Below, piece after piece: positions 31,274-42,828 of a DNA stretch of 64,000 nt. Below the pieces are notes generated by a model. The model saw only the letters and a list, made by a program, of their open reading frames with translations, ran no database searches and was not told the origin of the DNA. Both the position numbers and the translations under genes were made by a program. The stretch is from the NCBI GenBank assembly GCA_030390025.1, contig CM059433.1, positions 10,790,001-10,854,000 on the forward strand, read 5' to 3'. The stretch is from Squalus acanthias. Its lineage: Eukaryota. Position 1 is the stretch's first letter. The number at the start of each line of letters is the position of its first letter.

Positions 31274-32053
31274 GGGCCAGAATTTGCAGTGGGTGTGATG
31301 GTGTACTCTGAGGGTACGCTGTCATACCGCCTTTGAAATGGACCGCAAGTTCGGGATTTCCGCTTGCGCATGCGCTAAATCGCGAACTTCTGATCTGTCA
31401 AGTTCCGACTTGACAGATGATCACACCGACGGGGAAATCCTAACTGCTGGCACAGAGTTGGGCTAATTGCCCACCAACTGCCCTCCAATTATGCCTGAAA
31501 ATGTTATGGCTGGTGCAAACAGGCGCAGGGCCTGTTTGTACAGCGTAAGGGGATACATCCTGACAAATCCAAGTAATTTTCAAAACTTATGAGCCAGAAA
31601 TGGAAACATTTTAGGATTTTTGTCCACGGAAAGTATTTATTGTCCATGAAAAGTTCGGAGGAAGCAGTTGCTACATTGAGGGTTTTTTTTTTTTTTTTGC
31701 ATCTTTGTGGAGCATAAGCTTAAAAAATATCCGTACTGAAAGTATAGATGTTTCTGCACTTTCAATCCCGGAAGGCTCCGGTAACGAGGGTTTGTTTTTA
31801 TTTTCCTTTCCGGAGATCATAAATGAATGAGAGACTTCCTGTTTGCTGATTGGAGCGCCAGGCCCGCGTGATCCCAGGTACGCCTCCGCACTCGCTGCGC
31901 CCCCTGGGATCCGTGGGCCGTTACGCTGCCCTCGAGTGCGCAGCGTCAAACACCAAGTCCGCGAAGGAGGGCTCCCCATCAGGTAAGTTCACGTTCTGTT
32001 CGGATGCCGGCGGTGAAATCCGTAGTTACGCCGCCGACCGCAAAATCCAGGTC
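31274..32053 (+). mobile_element. Non-autonomous Harbinger-type element, distant family A relative
   Basis: Ends GGGCCAGAATTTGC / GCAAAATCCAGGTC. Shares TGCGCATGCGC, GATCTGTCAA...TTGACAGAT, GGCCCGCGTGATCCCAGG and CAGGTAAG with family A. TSD not clean. Confidence 0.65.
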
Positions 32054-32103
32054 AAAATGCACTTTGTGAAGAAAAAAATATGGTATCTCTTTTTAAACTC
32101 CAA

Positions 32104-32289
32104 GGGGGTCATTTTGACTTTGGGCGATGGCGTAAAATGGGCGATATTGGATCAGCCGCTTCCTACACATCTCTCCTGGTTTTCATTCCCATTGAAGACA
32201 ACGGAAATGATAATCGGGAGACATATATAACAGGCGGTTGATCCGATATCGCCCGTTTTACACTGTTGCCCAAAGTCAAAATTACCCCC
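32104..32289. mobile_element. Palindromic MITE of about 186 bp
   Basis: Arms GGGGGTCATTTTGACTTTGGGCGATGGCGTAAAATGGGCGATATTGGATCAGCCGC and, reverse-complemented, GGGGGTAATTTTGACTTTGGGCAACAGTGTAAAACGGGCGATATCGGATCAACCGC. Pairing continues toward the centre. Confidence 0.8.
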
Positions 32290-32581
32290 AAACATTGAAA
32301 AAGTATGAATAGATCTAATATTTTTTGTTCATTCTGCTTCTACAACCCTTTGTTTAAAAATTGAGTATTGATAGCGCCTGAAGAACCAGCTTTGTGAAGC
32401 TACTCAGTCTGACAGTATGATGGAGCTGAATGATCATCGGCAGATAAAGTCACTGACAAAGGGTGAGTCAGTGATTCTTGCTATCTCAACCGTATGTATT
32501 ATCTCAGCTCTCTCGCACAGCCTGGCTGAGTAATTCTTTTGAGCTAGTTTGCCCAGTGATGTCATCATCACTCACTGTTGC

Positions 32582-32795
32582 AAGAAAGAGAGAATTGCAT
32601 TTATATAGGGCCTTTCACCCCCATCGGGTGTCCCGAAGTGATCACTGCAGTCACTGTTGTAATGTAGGAAACGCAGCAGCCAATTTGCGCACAGCAAGCT
32701 CCCACAAACAGCAATGACCAGATAATCTGTTTTTAGTGATGTTTGGGGGTAATTCTGACTCAGAGGTGAGGGTGTTACCCACTGAGCCACAGCTA
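32582..32795 (-). mobile_element. Deu-SINE with internal deletion
   Basis: Tail and head of the SacSINE1-like family are joined with the central part missing. Confidence 0.7.
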
Positions 32796-33439
32796 TTGAG
32801 ATGTGCCTGTTTAATCATATATCCTAGAATTTGCATGATTTGTTACATATATTAGTGCAAGTATTAGTGATGAGCTATTTTAATGGATAAGCGTACTTAT
32901 GGATTCATAATATACCATCTGGTTTCTACACAGAGCAAGGAAAACCCACTGGTCAACCAAGCATAACCCAAAGACACCACCAGCCATCACCGCCACCTGA
33001 AACAAGCACAGGGATATTCACCCTGCAGGAGAAGATGATAGTAAAGTTGAGGAACAATTACATAGTGAGACACTGATGATGAAGGAGGAGCAACAGTGGG
33101 AATAGTGATGGGTCAGGCGGTGAAGGGAGCAGACCCAGTTTGCTGAGTGCCCTTCTTGAGTTGTAAGTTGATACAGACTATAGACGGCTGCCTTCCAGCA
33201 CAGGCTATGGAACAAGAGGCTATGTTGAACAGTAACTTGCTTTATACTCATGGCATTAGAAAATGATACAGTTCAGTTAGGAGCAATACCATGGCTAGAA
33301 AAATCCTGTGCACTTCATTTTTTTTTAACAACCATCATAATACTTCTTAATCTTTGATGCTAAGCATGACCTGGAGTGAAATACTTTTTAATTTGACTGT
33401 GTAACTGTAGAATGCAGCACAACTAGCATCACTAATGGC

Positions 33440-34148
33440 TCTTCTTCTTCTTAGGCAGTCCCTCGGAACCGAGGATGATTTGCTTCCACATTAAAAATGA
33501 GTTTTCAGGTGACTGATGAGTCCAATGCGGGACTTACAGTCGCTGTCACAGGTGGGGCAGACGGTGGTTGAAGGGGCGGGTGGGTGGGGTGCTTGGGTTG
33601 ACGTGCGCTCCTTGCGCTGTTTGCGCTTGGCTTCCACTTGCTCCCGGTGAAGAGACTCGAGGTATTCGGCGCCTTCCCGGATGCTTCTCCTTGACTTTGT
33701 ACGGTCTTGGGCCAGGGATTCCCAGGTGTCAGTGGGGATGTTGCACTTTTTCAAGGAGGCTTTGAGGGTGTCCTTGAAGCGTTTCCTCTGCCCACCTGGG
33801 GCTCTCTTGCCGTGTCGGAACTCAGAGTAGAGCGCATGTTTTGGGAGTCTCGTATCGGGCATGCGGACGATGTGACCCATCCATCGGAGCTGATCGAGCG
33901 TGGTCAAAGCTTCGATGCTGGGGATGTTGGCCTGAGCGAGAACACTGACGTTGGTGCACCTATCCTGCAATGGATTTGCAGGATCTTGCAGAGGCAGCGT
34001 TGGTGATACCTCTCCAGTGCTTTGAGGTGCCTGCTGTATATGGTCCATGTCTCTGAGGCATACAGGAGGGCGGGTATTACTACTGCTTTGTAGACCATGA
34101 GCTTGGTGCCGGGTTTGAGGTCCTGGTCTTCAAACACTCTCTTCCTCA
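33440..34148 (-). mobile_element. RTE-clade LINE 3' fragment
   Basis: LLYASETWT...LRWMGHIVRMPDTRLPK...GGQRKRFKDTLK...CPTCDSDCKSRIGLISHLKTH, (AAG)n tail. Close homologue at 51147-51909. Confidence 0.9.
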
Positions 34149-34149
34149 A

Positions 34150-34880
34150 ACGAGAGTCTAATCACCGCCCCTTGACATTCAACGGCATTACCATCGCTGA
34201 ATCCCCCACCATCAACATCCTGGGGGTCACCATTGACCAGAAACTTAACTGGACCAGCCACATAAATACTGTGGCAACAAGAGCAGGTCAGAGGCTAGGT
34301 ATTCTGCGGCGAGTATCTCACCTCCTGACTCCTGCCTTTCCACCATCTACAAGGCACAAGTCAGGAGTGTGATGGAATACGCTCCACTTGCCTGGATGAA
34401 TGCAGTTCCAACAACACTCAAGAAGCTCGACACCATCCAGGACAAAGCAGCCCGCTTGATTGGCACCCCATCCACCACCTTAAACATTCACTCCCTCCAC
34501 CACCGGTGCACCGTGGCTGCAGTATGTACCATCTACAAGATGCACTGCAGCAACTCGCCAAGGCTTCTTCGGCAGCACCTCCCAAACTTGTGACTCTTCC
34601 ACCTAGAAGGACAAAGGGCAGCAGGCGCATGGGAACACCATCACCTGCAAGTTCCCCTCCAAGTTACACACCATCCTGACTTGTAAATATATCGCCGTTC
34701 CTTCATCGTCGCTAGGTCAAAATCCTGAAACTCCCTCCCTAACAGCACTGTGGGCATACTGTCACCACAAGGACTGCAGCGGTTCAAGAAGGCGGCTCAC
34801 CACCACCTTCTCAAGGGCAACTAGGGATGGGCAATAAATGCTAGCCTTGCCAGTGATGCCCACATCCCAGGAATGAATAA
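34150..34880 (+). mobile_element. CR1-group LINE 3' fragment (second family)
   Basis: ILGVTIDQKLNWTSHI...MEYAPLAW...KLDTIQDKAARLI; 3' end as at about 14550. Confidence 0.85.
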
Positions 34881-34987
34881 ATATATGTCCTGTGGTATCC
34901 TTTTGTAGTGCTATCATGCCTTACCTTTATGCTATTAAGTGAGAAGTCGCACAACACCAGGTTATAGTCCAACAATTTTATTTGAAA

Positions 34988-35025
34988 TCACGAGCTTTCG
35001 GAGCGGCTGCTCCTTCGTCAGGTGA
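34988..35025 (-). ncRNA. Minimal hammerhead ribozyme motif (P2)
   Basis: Minus strand reads TCAC-CTGACGA-A-GGAGC-AGCC-GCTCC-GAAA-GCTC-GTGA (CUC triplet). Confidence 0.8.
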
Positions 35026-35030
35026 AGACT

Positions 35031-35067
35031 TTACCTGACGAAGGAGCAGCGTTCCGAAAGCTCCTGA
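35031..35067 (+). ncRNA. Minimal hammerhead ribozyme motif (P2), helix I damaged
   Basis: TTAC-CTGACGA-A-GGAGC-AGC-GTTCC-GAAA-GCTC-CTGA. Confidence 0.6.
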
Positions 35068-35239
35068 TTTCAATTAAAACTGTTGGACTATAACCTGGTG
35101 TTGTGCGACTTCTCATTTTTGTCCACCCCAGTCCAACACCGGCATCTCCACATCATGGCTATTAAGTGAGGCAGCTTAGAACATAAGAACATAAGAAATA
35201 GGAGCAGGAGTAGGCCATTCGGCCCTTTGACCCGCTTCT

Positions 35240-35780
35240 TTTGGTAATGGTGACCCCAGGATGTTGATGCTGGGTGATTTAAGCCACGATGGTTAAGCCA
35301 TTGAATGTCAAGGGGAGGTGGTTGGACTCTTTCTTGTCGCAGATGGTCATTGCCTAGCACTTGTGTGGCACGAATGTTACTTGCCACTTATCAGCCCAAA
35401 CCTGGATGGTGTCCAGGTCTTGCTGCATGCGAGCACGGACTGCTTCATTCATTATCTGAGGAATTGCGAATGGAACTGAACGCTGTGGAATCATTAGTGA
35501 ACATCCCCACTTCTGACCTTATGATGGAGGGAAGGTCATTGATGAAGCAGCTGAAGATGGTTAGGCCTAGGATACTGCCCTGAGGAATCCCTGCAGCGAT
35601 GTCCTGGGGCTGAGATGATTAGGCTCCAACAACCACAACCATCTTCCTGTGTGCTAGGTATGACTCCAACCAGTGGAGAGTTTTCCCCCGATTCCCACTG
35701 ACTTCAATTTTACTAGGGCTCCTCGGTGCCACACTCGGTCAAATGCTGCCTTGATGTCAAGCACAGTCACCCTCACCTCA
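35240..35780 (-). mobile_element. CR1-group LINE RT fragment
   Basis: VLDIKAAFDRVWH..LVKL (RT motif) and internal homology to the 34150 family. Confidence 0.75.
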
Positions 35781-36042
35781 CCTCCGGCCCTGTCCCCTCT
35801 AACACTACTGGCCATGTAAGGGGCGAGTGGAGGCTCTGCCCCTTGCAAACCTGAGTAGGAATTCCCACGCAAGGCGGGGATCACGCATTTCCAGGCCCCA
35901 AGTTAAACTTTGGCCCTTCTGGCAGACTCTCACTGAAGTTACAGTGGGAGCATTGGTGATTATTCAGTAGCAAATAGTAATAAATGGGATGTTATGTTGG
36001 CTCTTACTGTTAGTCTTCAACCAGGCTGGCATTAGAGTCATA

Positions 36043-36729
36043 GGGCTGGATTTTCATTGACCCGTGGAGGCGGGTTTGGAGGCGTGTGGGGGGTTAATAT
36101 TGCAAAAACTGGCGGGCGGGCACAAGTCCGCCTCCATCCCGCCTCCACGCAATTTTCATGAAATCGTGTCTGCTGGTCCCGACTCCGTCCTGCCTTTAAG
36201 AGGCGGGATAGGCTGTTAAGGCCCTTAACAAGCACTAAATTGCCTCTATAATGCCATTTTGAAAGGCCTTTGTGATTTTAACCCTTGTTCTACGTGAAGC
36301 ACGCCTGTTCTGAACCACGATTGTGAAACCTGGCGGGAGCACATTTCGAAAGCTGAATATCAGCTGCAGGCCCACTATTACAATGGAGAAGTAATAGTAG
36401 GAAAAATATCTGGGAGCAGACGTAGGGTCTGTCTCTCTCTCTCTCTCTCTCTCTCCCAAAAATATCTGGGAACAGACTTCCATCCAGGTCCTCTCACACC
36501 AAAGGCCAGGCAGTCTCTGAAGACATTCAATGCAGCAGCAATGATGACATCATCAGAGGCGACTTTCAGACTGAAAACACTAATTGGGTCATGGGTTCCC
36601 ACATGCTGGAACTCAATTGCCCAATTAGGTGAAAATTGCATCAATCTCCCACATCCAATTGCAGTCGGGTGGATAACACGAAAAGTGGATAACACGACCC
36701 CAACCCGCCCCAGTATCAAAATCCAGCCT
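36043..36729 (+). mobile_element. Non-autonomous Harbinger-type element, family B-related
   Basis: TIRs GGGCTGGATTTT / AAAATCCAGCCT. TSD ATA at 36040-36042 and 36730-36732. Left end resembles 24776; internal (CT)n. Confidence 0.85.
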
Positions 36730-38224
36730 ATAGTCACAGAGTCATAACGGCACAGAAGGAGGCCATTCAGCCCATTGAGTCCCTAATGTGGGTATCTTCC
36801 CCTGACCAATGCATTAACTATGATCAGAGCGAGGTTTAGTTCCTTTATATATTTGTGCTGCATTTAATCTACTGCTGGCATAATTTAAGCATAAAAATCA
36901 TAGTATACCGTGGACAGAAAATCCATCTGTAGCAGTTATGTGTGGGAAGGCTTTGTGTCATCTCCTGCAGCAATTTATAAATCTGTACTTATTAAATAAG
37001 GCAAACAGCTTCACTGACAAATGGCTGAGTCAATAAGATAAATTTTCTTTCACTGAATCAGAATTATGGATAAAGTTGATTTATAACTCCTTAGCCTTGT
37101 TTGTCTACACATTACTAAAATTACGTATGGTTGATTCACAGATTGCAGAGTTTAGTCAGTAACGTACAATCCCATAAAAATCAACACAAGTAGATTCTGT
37201 GCAGTTTGTGTGTACTTATGTTGTTACAGCGCACCGCAAGATTAAATTAAAGCTGATTTCTTTAAGATCATGAGTCACCCCAGCTATCTCAACTCATTTT
37301 GGATTACTCCACTGTCAATTACTTCATCTGTCAGCATGGACTTCCTTGACCTCAACAGCGTAAAATGCCCACAGGATATCAATGACACTTACACATAATT
37401 TCCTGAATATTGAACCTGACACATGCTGAAAGAACACTTGAGAACTGAAGGGCTGAAGCTGCCAGAAAGGAGTAGGAATCATTCCCCAACTGGCCTGCCA
37501 AATCTACTTTGACAGTATAGAAAGATATAGTATTGAACACAAAGCTGTGTCATTAAATAATAGGCTTGAAAACACTTTGGGGGGAATAGCAGCATTAAGA
37601 ACGATACTATTTCCAATGAAATAATACCTAGCTGTGCCCTAAGTCACTCCTATTCCTGACTTGCATGGCCAGTTCTATTTCACCGTGGCGTTTAAAGATA
37701 TCAGCTGATGGATCTTCCTCTTATTTGTCCATTTAGCCTTTTCTGAAAGGTTATGGCTTCAGGCAGACATGAGACTTATCAACTTTTTATTTGCTTTTTA
37801 TTTTTGTTTTCTGATTTCAAAAGGCCGCTTCTTCCTTTTGTTTGAGCGGCGGTGTATAATTCACTTGAGGTAATAGCGCTGACAGAGTTCCCACAGACCT
37901 ACCGGAGCTCAGGGGGGCCAAAAATCCACCTTTTTTTTGTTAGCGACGTCGGGCCATGTTGAGCCGCATCTCAATTTTAAGGGTTGGATTTTAGGGCAGG
38001 TCCCTTTCCGACCAGTTGGTTTTCACTCAGATTCAATTTTTGGACTGGGTGAGATGGAGCCATTTCTCCCACCTGCCCCTTCACCAGCGCACACAGGCAA
38101 ATGAGATGAATGTCATAAAGCTCCAGAATTCATGTTTCTTTTGTCCTCATTAGATATTCTTTAGCCCAGATAAAAGAGACCATACCTTTTTACAAGATCC
38201 GGCCAGTAGAAGCGATCCATCTCA

Positions 38225-38535
38225 CAGAATCACAGTCACAGAATCCCCACAGTGCAGATAGAGGCCATTTCAGCCCATTGAGCCTGCACTGACACATATC
38301 CCACCCTATCCCCGTAACCAATCCCCCCTAACACTAAGGGTCAATTTATCATAGCCAAATCAACCTAACCCGCACATCTTTGGACTGTGGGAGGAAACCG
38401 GAGCACCCGGAGGAAACCCACGCAGACACGGGGAGAATGTGCAAACTCCACACAGACAGTCATCCGAGGCCGGATTCGATCCCGGGTCCCTGGCGCTGTG
38501 AGGTAACAGTGCTAACCACTATGCCACCGTGTTGC
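38225..38535 (-). mobile_element. HE1-like V-SINE
   Basis: Near-identical to 2096-2395. Confidence 0.85.
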
Positions 38536-38570
38536 ATCTAAAAGGGCTGGACAGCATTTGCCTGTATTAA

Positions 38571-39253
38571 CATGCAGGTACAGCAAGCAATTAGGAAAGC
38601 AAATGGTATGTTGGCCTTTATTACAAGTGGATTTGAGTATAACAGTAAAGACGTCTTACTGCAATTATATAGGGCCCTGGTGAGACCACACCTGGAGTAT
38701 TGTGCACAGTTTTGGTCTCCTTACCTAAGGAAGGATATACTTGCCATAGAGGGAGTGCAATGAAGGTTCACCAGACTGATTCCTGGGATGGGGGATTGTC
38801 CTATGAGGAGAGATTGAGTAGACTAGGCCTATATTCCCTAGACTTTAGAAGAATGAGAGGTGATCTCATTGAAACATACAAAATTCTTACAGGGTTTGAC
38901 AGGGTAGATGCAGGGAGGATGTTTCCCCTGGCTGGGGAGTCCAGAACCAGGGATCACAGTCTCAGAATAAGGGGTCGGCCATTTAGGACTGAGAGGAGGA
39001 GAAATTTCTTCACTCAGAGGGTGGTGAATCTTTGGAATTCTCTACCCCAGAGGGCTGTGGAGGCTCAGTCGTTGAGTATATTCAAGACAGAGATCGATAG
39101 ATTTTTGAATATTAAGGGAATAAAGAGATATGGGGATAGTGCAGGAAAGTGGAGATGAGGTAGAAGGTCAGCCATGATCTTATTGAATGGCGGAGCAGGC
39201 TCGAAGGGCCAAATGGCCGACTCCTGCTCCTATTTCTTATGTTCTTATGTTCT
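38571..39253 (+). mobile_element. CR1 LINE 3' fragment
   Basis: LYRALVRPHLEYCAQFWSPYLRKDI...NFFTQRVVNLWNSLP, (TTCTTATG)n tail. Confidence 0.9.
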
Positions 39254-40380
39254 TACTTCAGATTTCCCTGCGTATCTCAAGAGTTTTTTTTATTTGCATT
39301 TGGGAAGCTGCAACAACAACTTTTATTTATATAGCGCCTTTAATGTAGTAAAACGTCCCAAGGCGCTGCACAACCCGCTATTAGCTCCCACAGTGAGTCT
39401 ATAGGTCCCTATAAAGGTATGAACGAAGAGCTGTGCCTTCATTGAATTTGATTCGCTGAGGAAGCCCTGGGTGAACCATGCCACCTTCTACACAAAGACC
39501 TCATGGTAGACTATTCATAAATTGTGCTGATTTTTTAAAATAATGAATTATAAAATTTAGAAACATTTCTTTCTTTCCTTCTTTCTAAAATTGACAAAAT
39601 AAAATAGTCAAGGTCAGTCATCATCATCAAACTACAGTATCAGTTGGGCGGATTTTACCAAGGAGTGGATTTTTGGCAGGAAACCACTCTGGCGATTTAT
39701 TTCCCACTCTGGCGGAGGCAACAGGAGCCCATGGTGATTTTAACCAGGTCCATTTCCTGCCTGGAACGGGCTTGAAGAGGGCACAGTGCACCTGCTGGTG
39801 GATGAAGCCTTGTAGCCATTGGCCATCCGCTGGCTTCCAGGGAAGTGACTGGGATGGGCTTTTGAGAGGGTCTTGCTTGGAGAGGAGAGCGTGGAGGAGG
39901 TGGGGGGTGGGGGGTGCGGCGAGGGCGGGGGGAGTCCGGGGCACAACAAGCCATGACTTTCCTTGTGGGTCCCAGCCCTACACAGAAAAGCTTTAGACCT
40001 ATCAGAAGGGCCTCATCTGTCTTCAGAATAGCTGCAGGACTGTTTCTGCCTTGCAGGAAAGCCATCCAAGACCTTAGTTAGGTCACAGTTGAAGTATTGG
40101 GTACAGTTCTGTGCATCTTGTGACAGGAAGGATGGAAAATCAATGGTAAAGTTCGATGCATTAGGATGTTACCAAAGATGAGGGGCAGTTATGATGGGAG
40201 ACTTGTTTTTTCATTGGACCTAAGAAAGTTGAGGGACAACCTGATAGCGGGTGTTAAGATTATGAAGGATTATCATAAAGTAAATAGATATGGTTGTTTC
40301 CACTGGTCAGCATGACGGGAATGAGAGGGCACAAAATTGAGACAGTTACAAAAAAAAATTAATGGGGAGGTTAGAAAAAA

Positions 40381-41152
40381 AATCCGGCAAAATCGCAAAG
40401 ATTGACAGCGGGTCGGAACTCACTGTCAACCCGCCTCCAAACAATCTTCCCAGATGTCGGATCCCCGATTTGCGCATGGACCCGACACCTAACGGCGGGA
40501 AGAAGATTATAGGCACTTAACTGCTTGTTAACAGGTTGTTAACAGGCAGTTAAGAGGCTTTTTCCAATTTTGCCAGGTCTACTGTGGGCTTCCCGATGTC
40601 TGGACGCCACGCCAGGGTAAGTGTGGCATGCTGTGGGTCTACTGTAATATTTCTTCATTGATGACAGCTGCAGAAGTGGTATGAAGGATCCAATGGTGCA
40701 CTGGTGAGTTTCAAAGGTAAGAAAATGTTGGGAAAATCATTTTTAATGTTTTTAGACTTTTCTGTAGGTAACAAGTTTTGAAGTGTTTGTGTAGTCCCAC
40801 CTCATTGGGAGAGCGCCTCTCACCAGTGACAGATCGCTTCTGTAACCTCACCTGCAGCTGCCATCTGTTCTAGTCTAAGGAGGGAGTCACTGGAGAGCCT
40901 TGGTGCAAGGGCTCACCTTTGTACAGTGATTGTCAGTGTTTGCAGCACCTCACCTGTCAAAAAAAATTGAGCGTGGCCCCTTTAAAAAACCGGCAGATGA
41001 CGCGTCATCAACTGACGTCATCTGACATCGGCTTTCTCCTAATTGGCCGGCAAGCCCGCAGGACGGGCTTAACAAGGCCAATTAACGCAAAATAGCATCT
41101 GTGCGTCGGAGGGAGTGGGATCGGAACCCAGAAGGAAGGTAAAATCTAGCCC
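40381..41152 (+). mobile_element. Family B Harbinger-type element, left end lost, within an old CR1 fragment
   Basis: Colinear with about 30060-30868; right TIR GTAAAATCTAGCCC. Confidence 0.8.
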
Positions 41153-41674
41153 AAAGTCTATGGGGAATGAGCAGGAGAGTTGGATTCAAATTATGTGGGG
41201 AAAATTGGCACAGACTTGATGAGCTCTGCACACTTGGCACAGGAAGTGCATCACACGCAGAAGTGAGCCGACTGCAACACAGTCAGCACCATGGGCACAG
41301 CAGAGGAATAGTGCAGAAAGGTTTCTAACAGAGCGCGGTCCACAAAAAAAAAAGCAGCAACATCCAGCTGCCATTGCAGAGACTGACAGTAACAGTGAAG
41401 GTCCCCACTGCCCTCAGCGTTAATGCCACAGCGACCTTACAAGTAGCCACAGGGGAACTCTCAGGATTCAGGCAATTTGCATTTTGGACAACTGACACTT
41501 TCTGTTAACCGCCCGAAATGGGTGGTAATTGGGAGAGAAATCCAGGCCCATAGCGCCAGTTGAAGAGTTAGCACCTACGCAGGCATAACGGGCTGAATGA
41601 CCTCCTTCTGTGTTATCGTTTTTATAATTGTACGGAACGCTCATCAACAATGTAGCTACTTCTTCAGCAGTGTC

Positions 41675-41920
41675 GACAACAACAACAACAACTTGTATTT
41701 ATATAGTGCCTTTAACGTAGTAAGACGTCCCAAGGTGCTGCACAGGAGTATTATAAGACAAAAAAATTGACACCGAGCCACGTAAGGAGAAATTAGGGCA
41801 GGTGACCAAAAGCTTGGTCAAAGAGGTAGGTTTTAAGGAGCGTCTTAAAGGAAGAAAGAGAGGTAGCGAGGCAGAGAGGTTTAGGCAGGGAATTCCCGAG
41901 CTTAGGGCCTAGGCAACAGT
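41675..41920 (-). mobile_element. L2 LINE 3' fragment
   Basis: Near-identical to 9540-9790. Confidence 0.8.
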
Positions 41921-42068
41921 ATTCAGTATTTATGCTGGTGCCTGGGAGTGGTGTTCTTTAGGTTTACATCCAGGGTTCCCCTGAGACATTCTGAATAAAG
42001 GAAATACATACTTACTCATGTGGGTACTGTACTGCCATCATACCAACAACAACTTGCATTTATATAGT

Positions 42069-42825
42069 GGCCCAGAAATTCGCGTGTCCGGCTTGCCGCG
42101 GGGGTAAGGATCGCGTGCGCTCTTACCTACCACGCCTGCCGTTGTGTTTTGGGCCCACGGGAACTTCGGGTCCTGGGCCTCTCGCAACTGCCGGCGCGCA
42201 GTGCTTGCGTGTTCCAGGGGTGCAGTTAGTGCGATGCGACCCCTGGGATCACGTGGGCCATGGAGAGCCAATGGCAGCAGACCATCTTTCATTCATAGAT
42301 TTGACAGGAGACCTGTCAAATCTGTGAATTGAAATTGGCCCCAAAAGAACAGCTAAACTTCAAATAAATTTTTTAAAAAACCATCACATTTATAAAATAA
42401 CTATAGTGAAATAAATTAACCACTTTAAACAAAAATTTAAATTTTTGAAAAAATTAAAATACTTTTTAAAAGTTATAAAAATAAACTTACCTTTCTTTAA
42501 AGTATCTAAAAAAGATAAACCTGTTGAAATTTTTTTAAAATTATACTTAATTAACCACTTACCTTGTTCAAAAGGGGTCTTACGCCTCCTTTTTATTAGC
42601 GTAGTATCTTCAATACTTACCCTCGCGTAGAAACCTGAAAAAAAATCTAAGTTTGCTGCGTGCGCGCAGCCTCTACCGCGCACGCGGTTCACCTAGAAAC
42701 CGCCCCCTTCACCATACCGGAAGTTCCGGTTTCCCGCGCATGCGCAGTGCATGCAGGAAACCGGCACTTCGGGAAGCAATACGGGTGACTGTGTACTCAC
42801 GCGGGAAGGGCTGAATTTTTGGGCC
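42069..42825 (-). mobile_element. Non-autonomous Harbinger-type element, family A-related, in an L2 tail
   Basis: TIRs GGCCCAGAAATTC / GAATTTTTGGGCC. TSD AGT at 42066-42068 and 42826-42828. Removing it restores TTGCATTTATATAGT|ACCTTT. Confidence 0.85.
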
Positions 42826-42828
42826 AGT

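Larger units (their letters stand above)
34944..35157. mobile_element. Palindromic Penelope-derived (P2) insertion with two opposed hammerhead motifs
   Basis: Inverted arms of about 87 bp at 34940-35027 and 35029-35115. Direct repeat GCTATTAAGTGAG at 34931-34943 and 35158-35170 (TSD). Confidence 0.85.
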
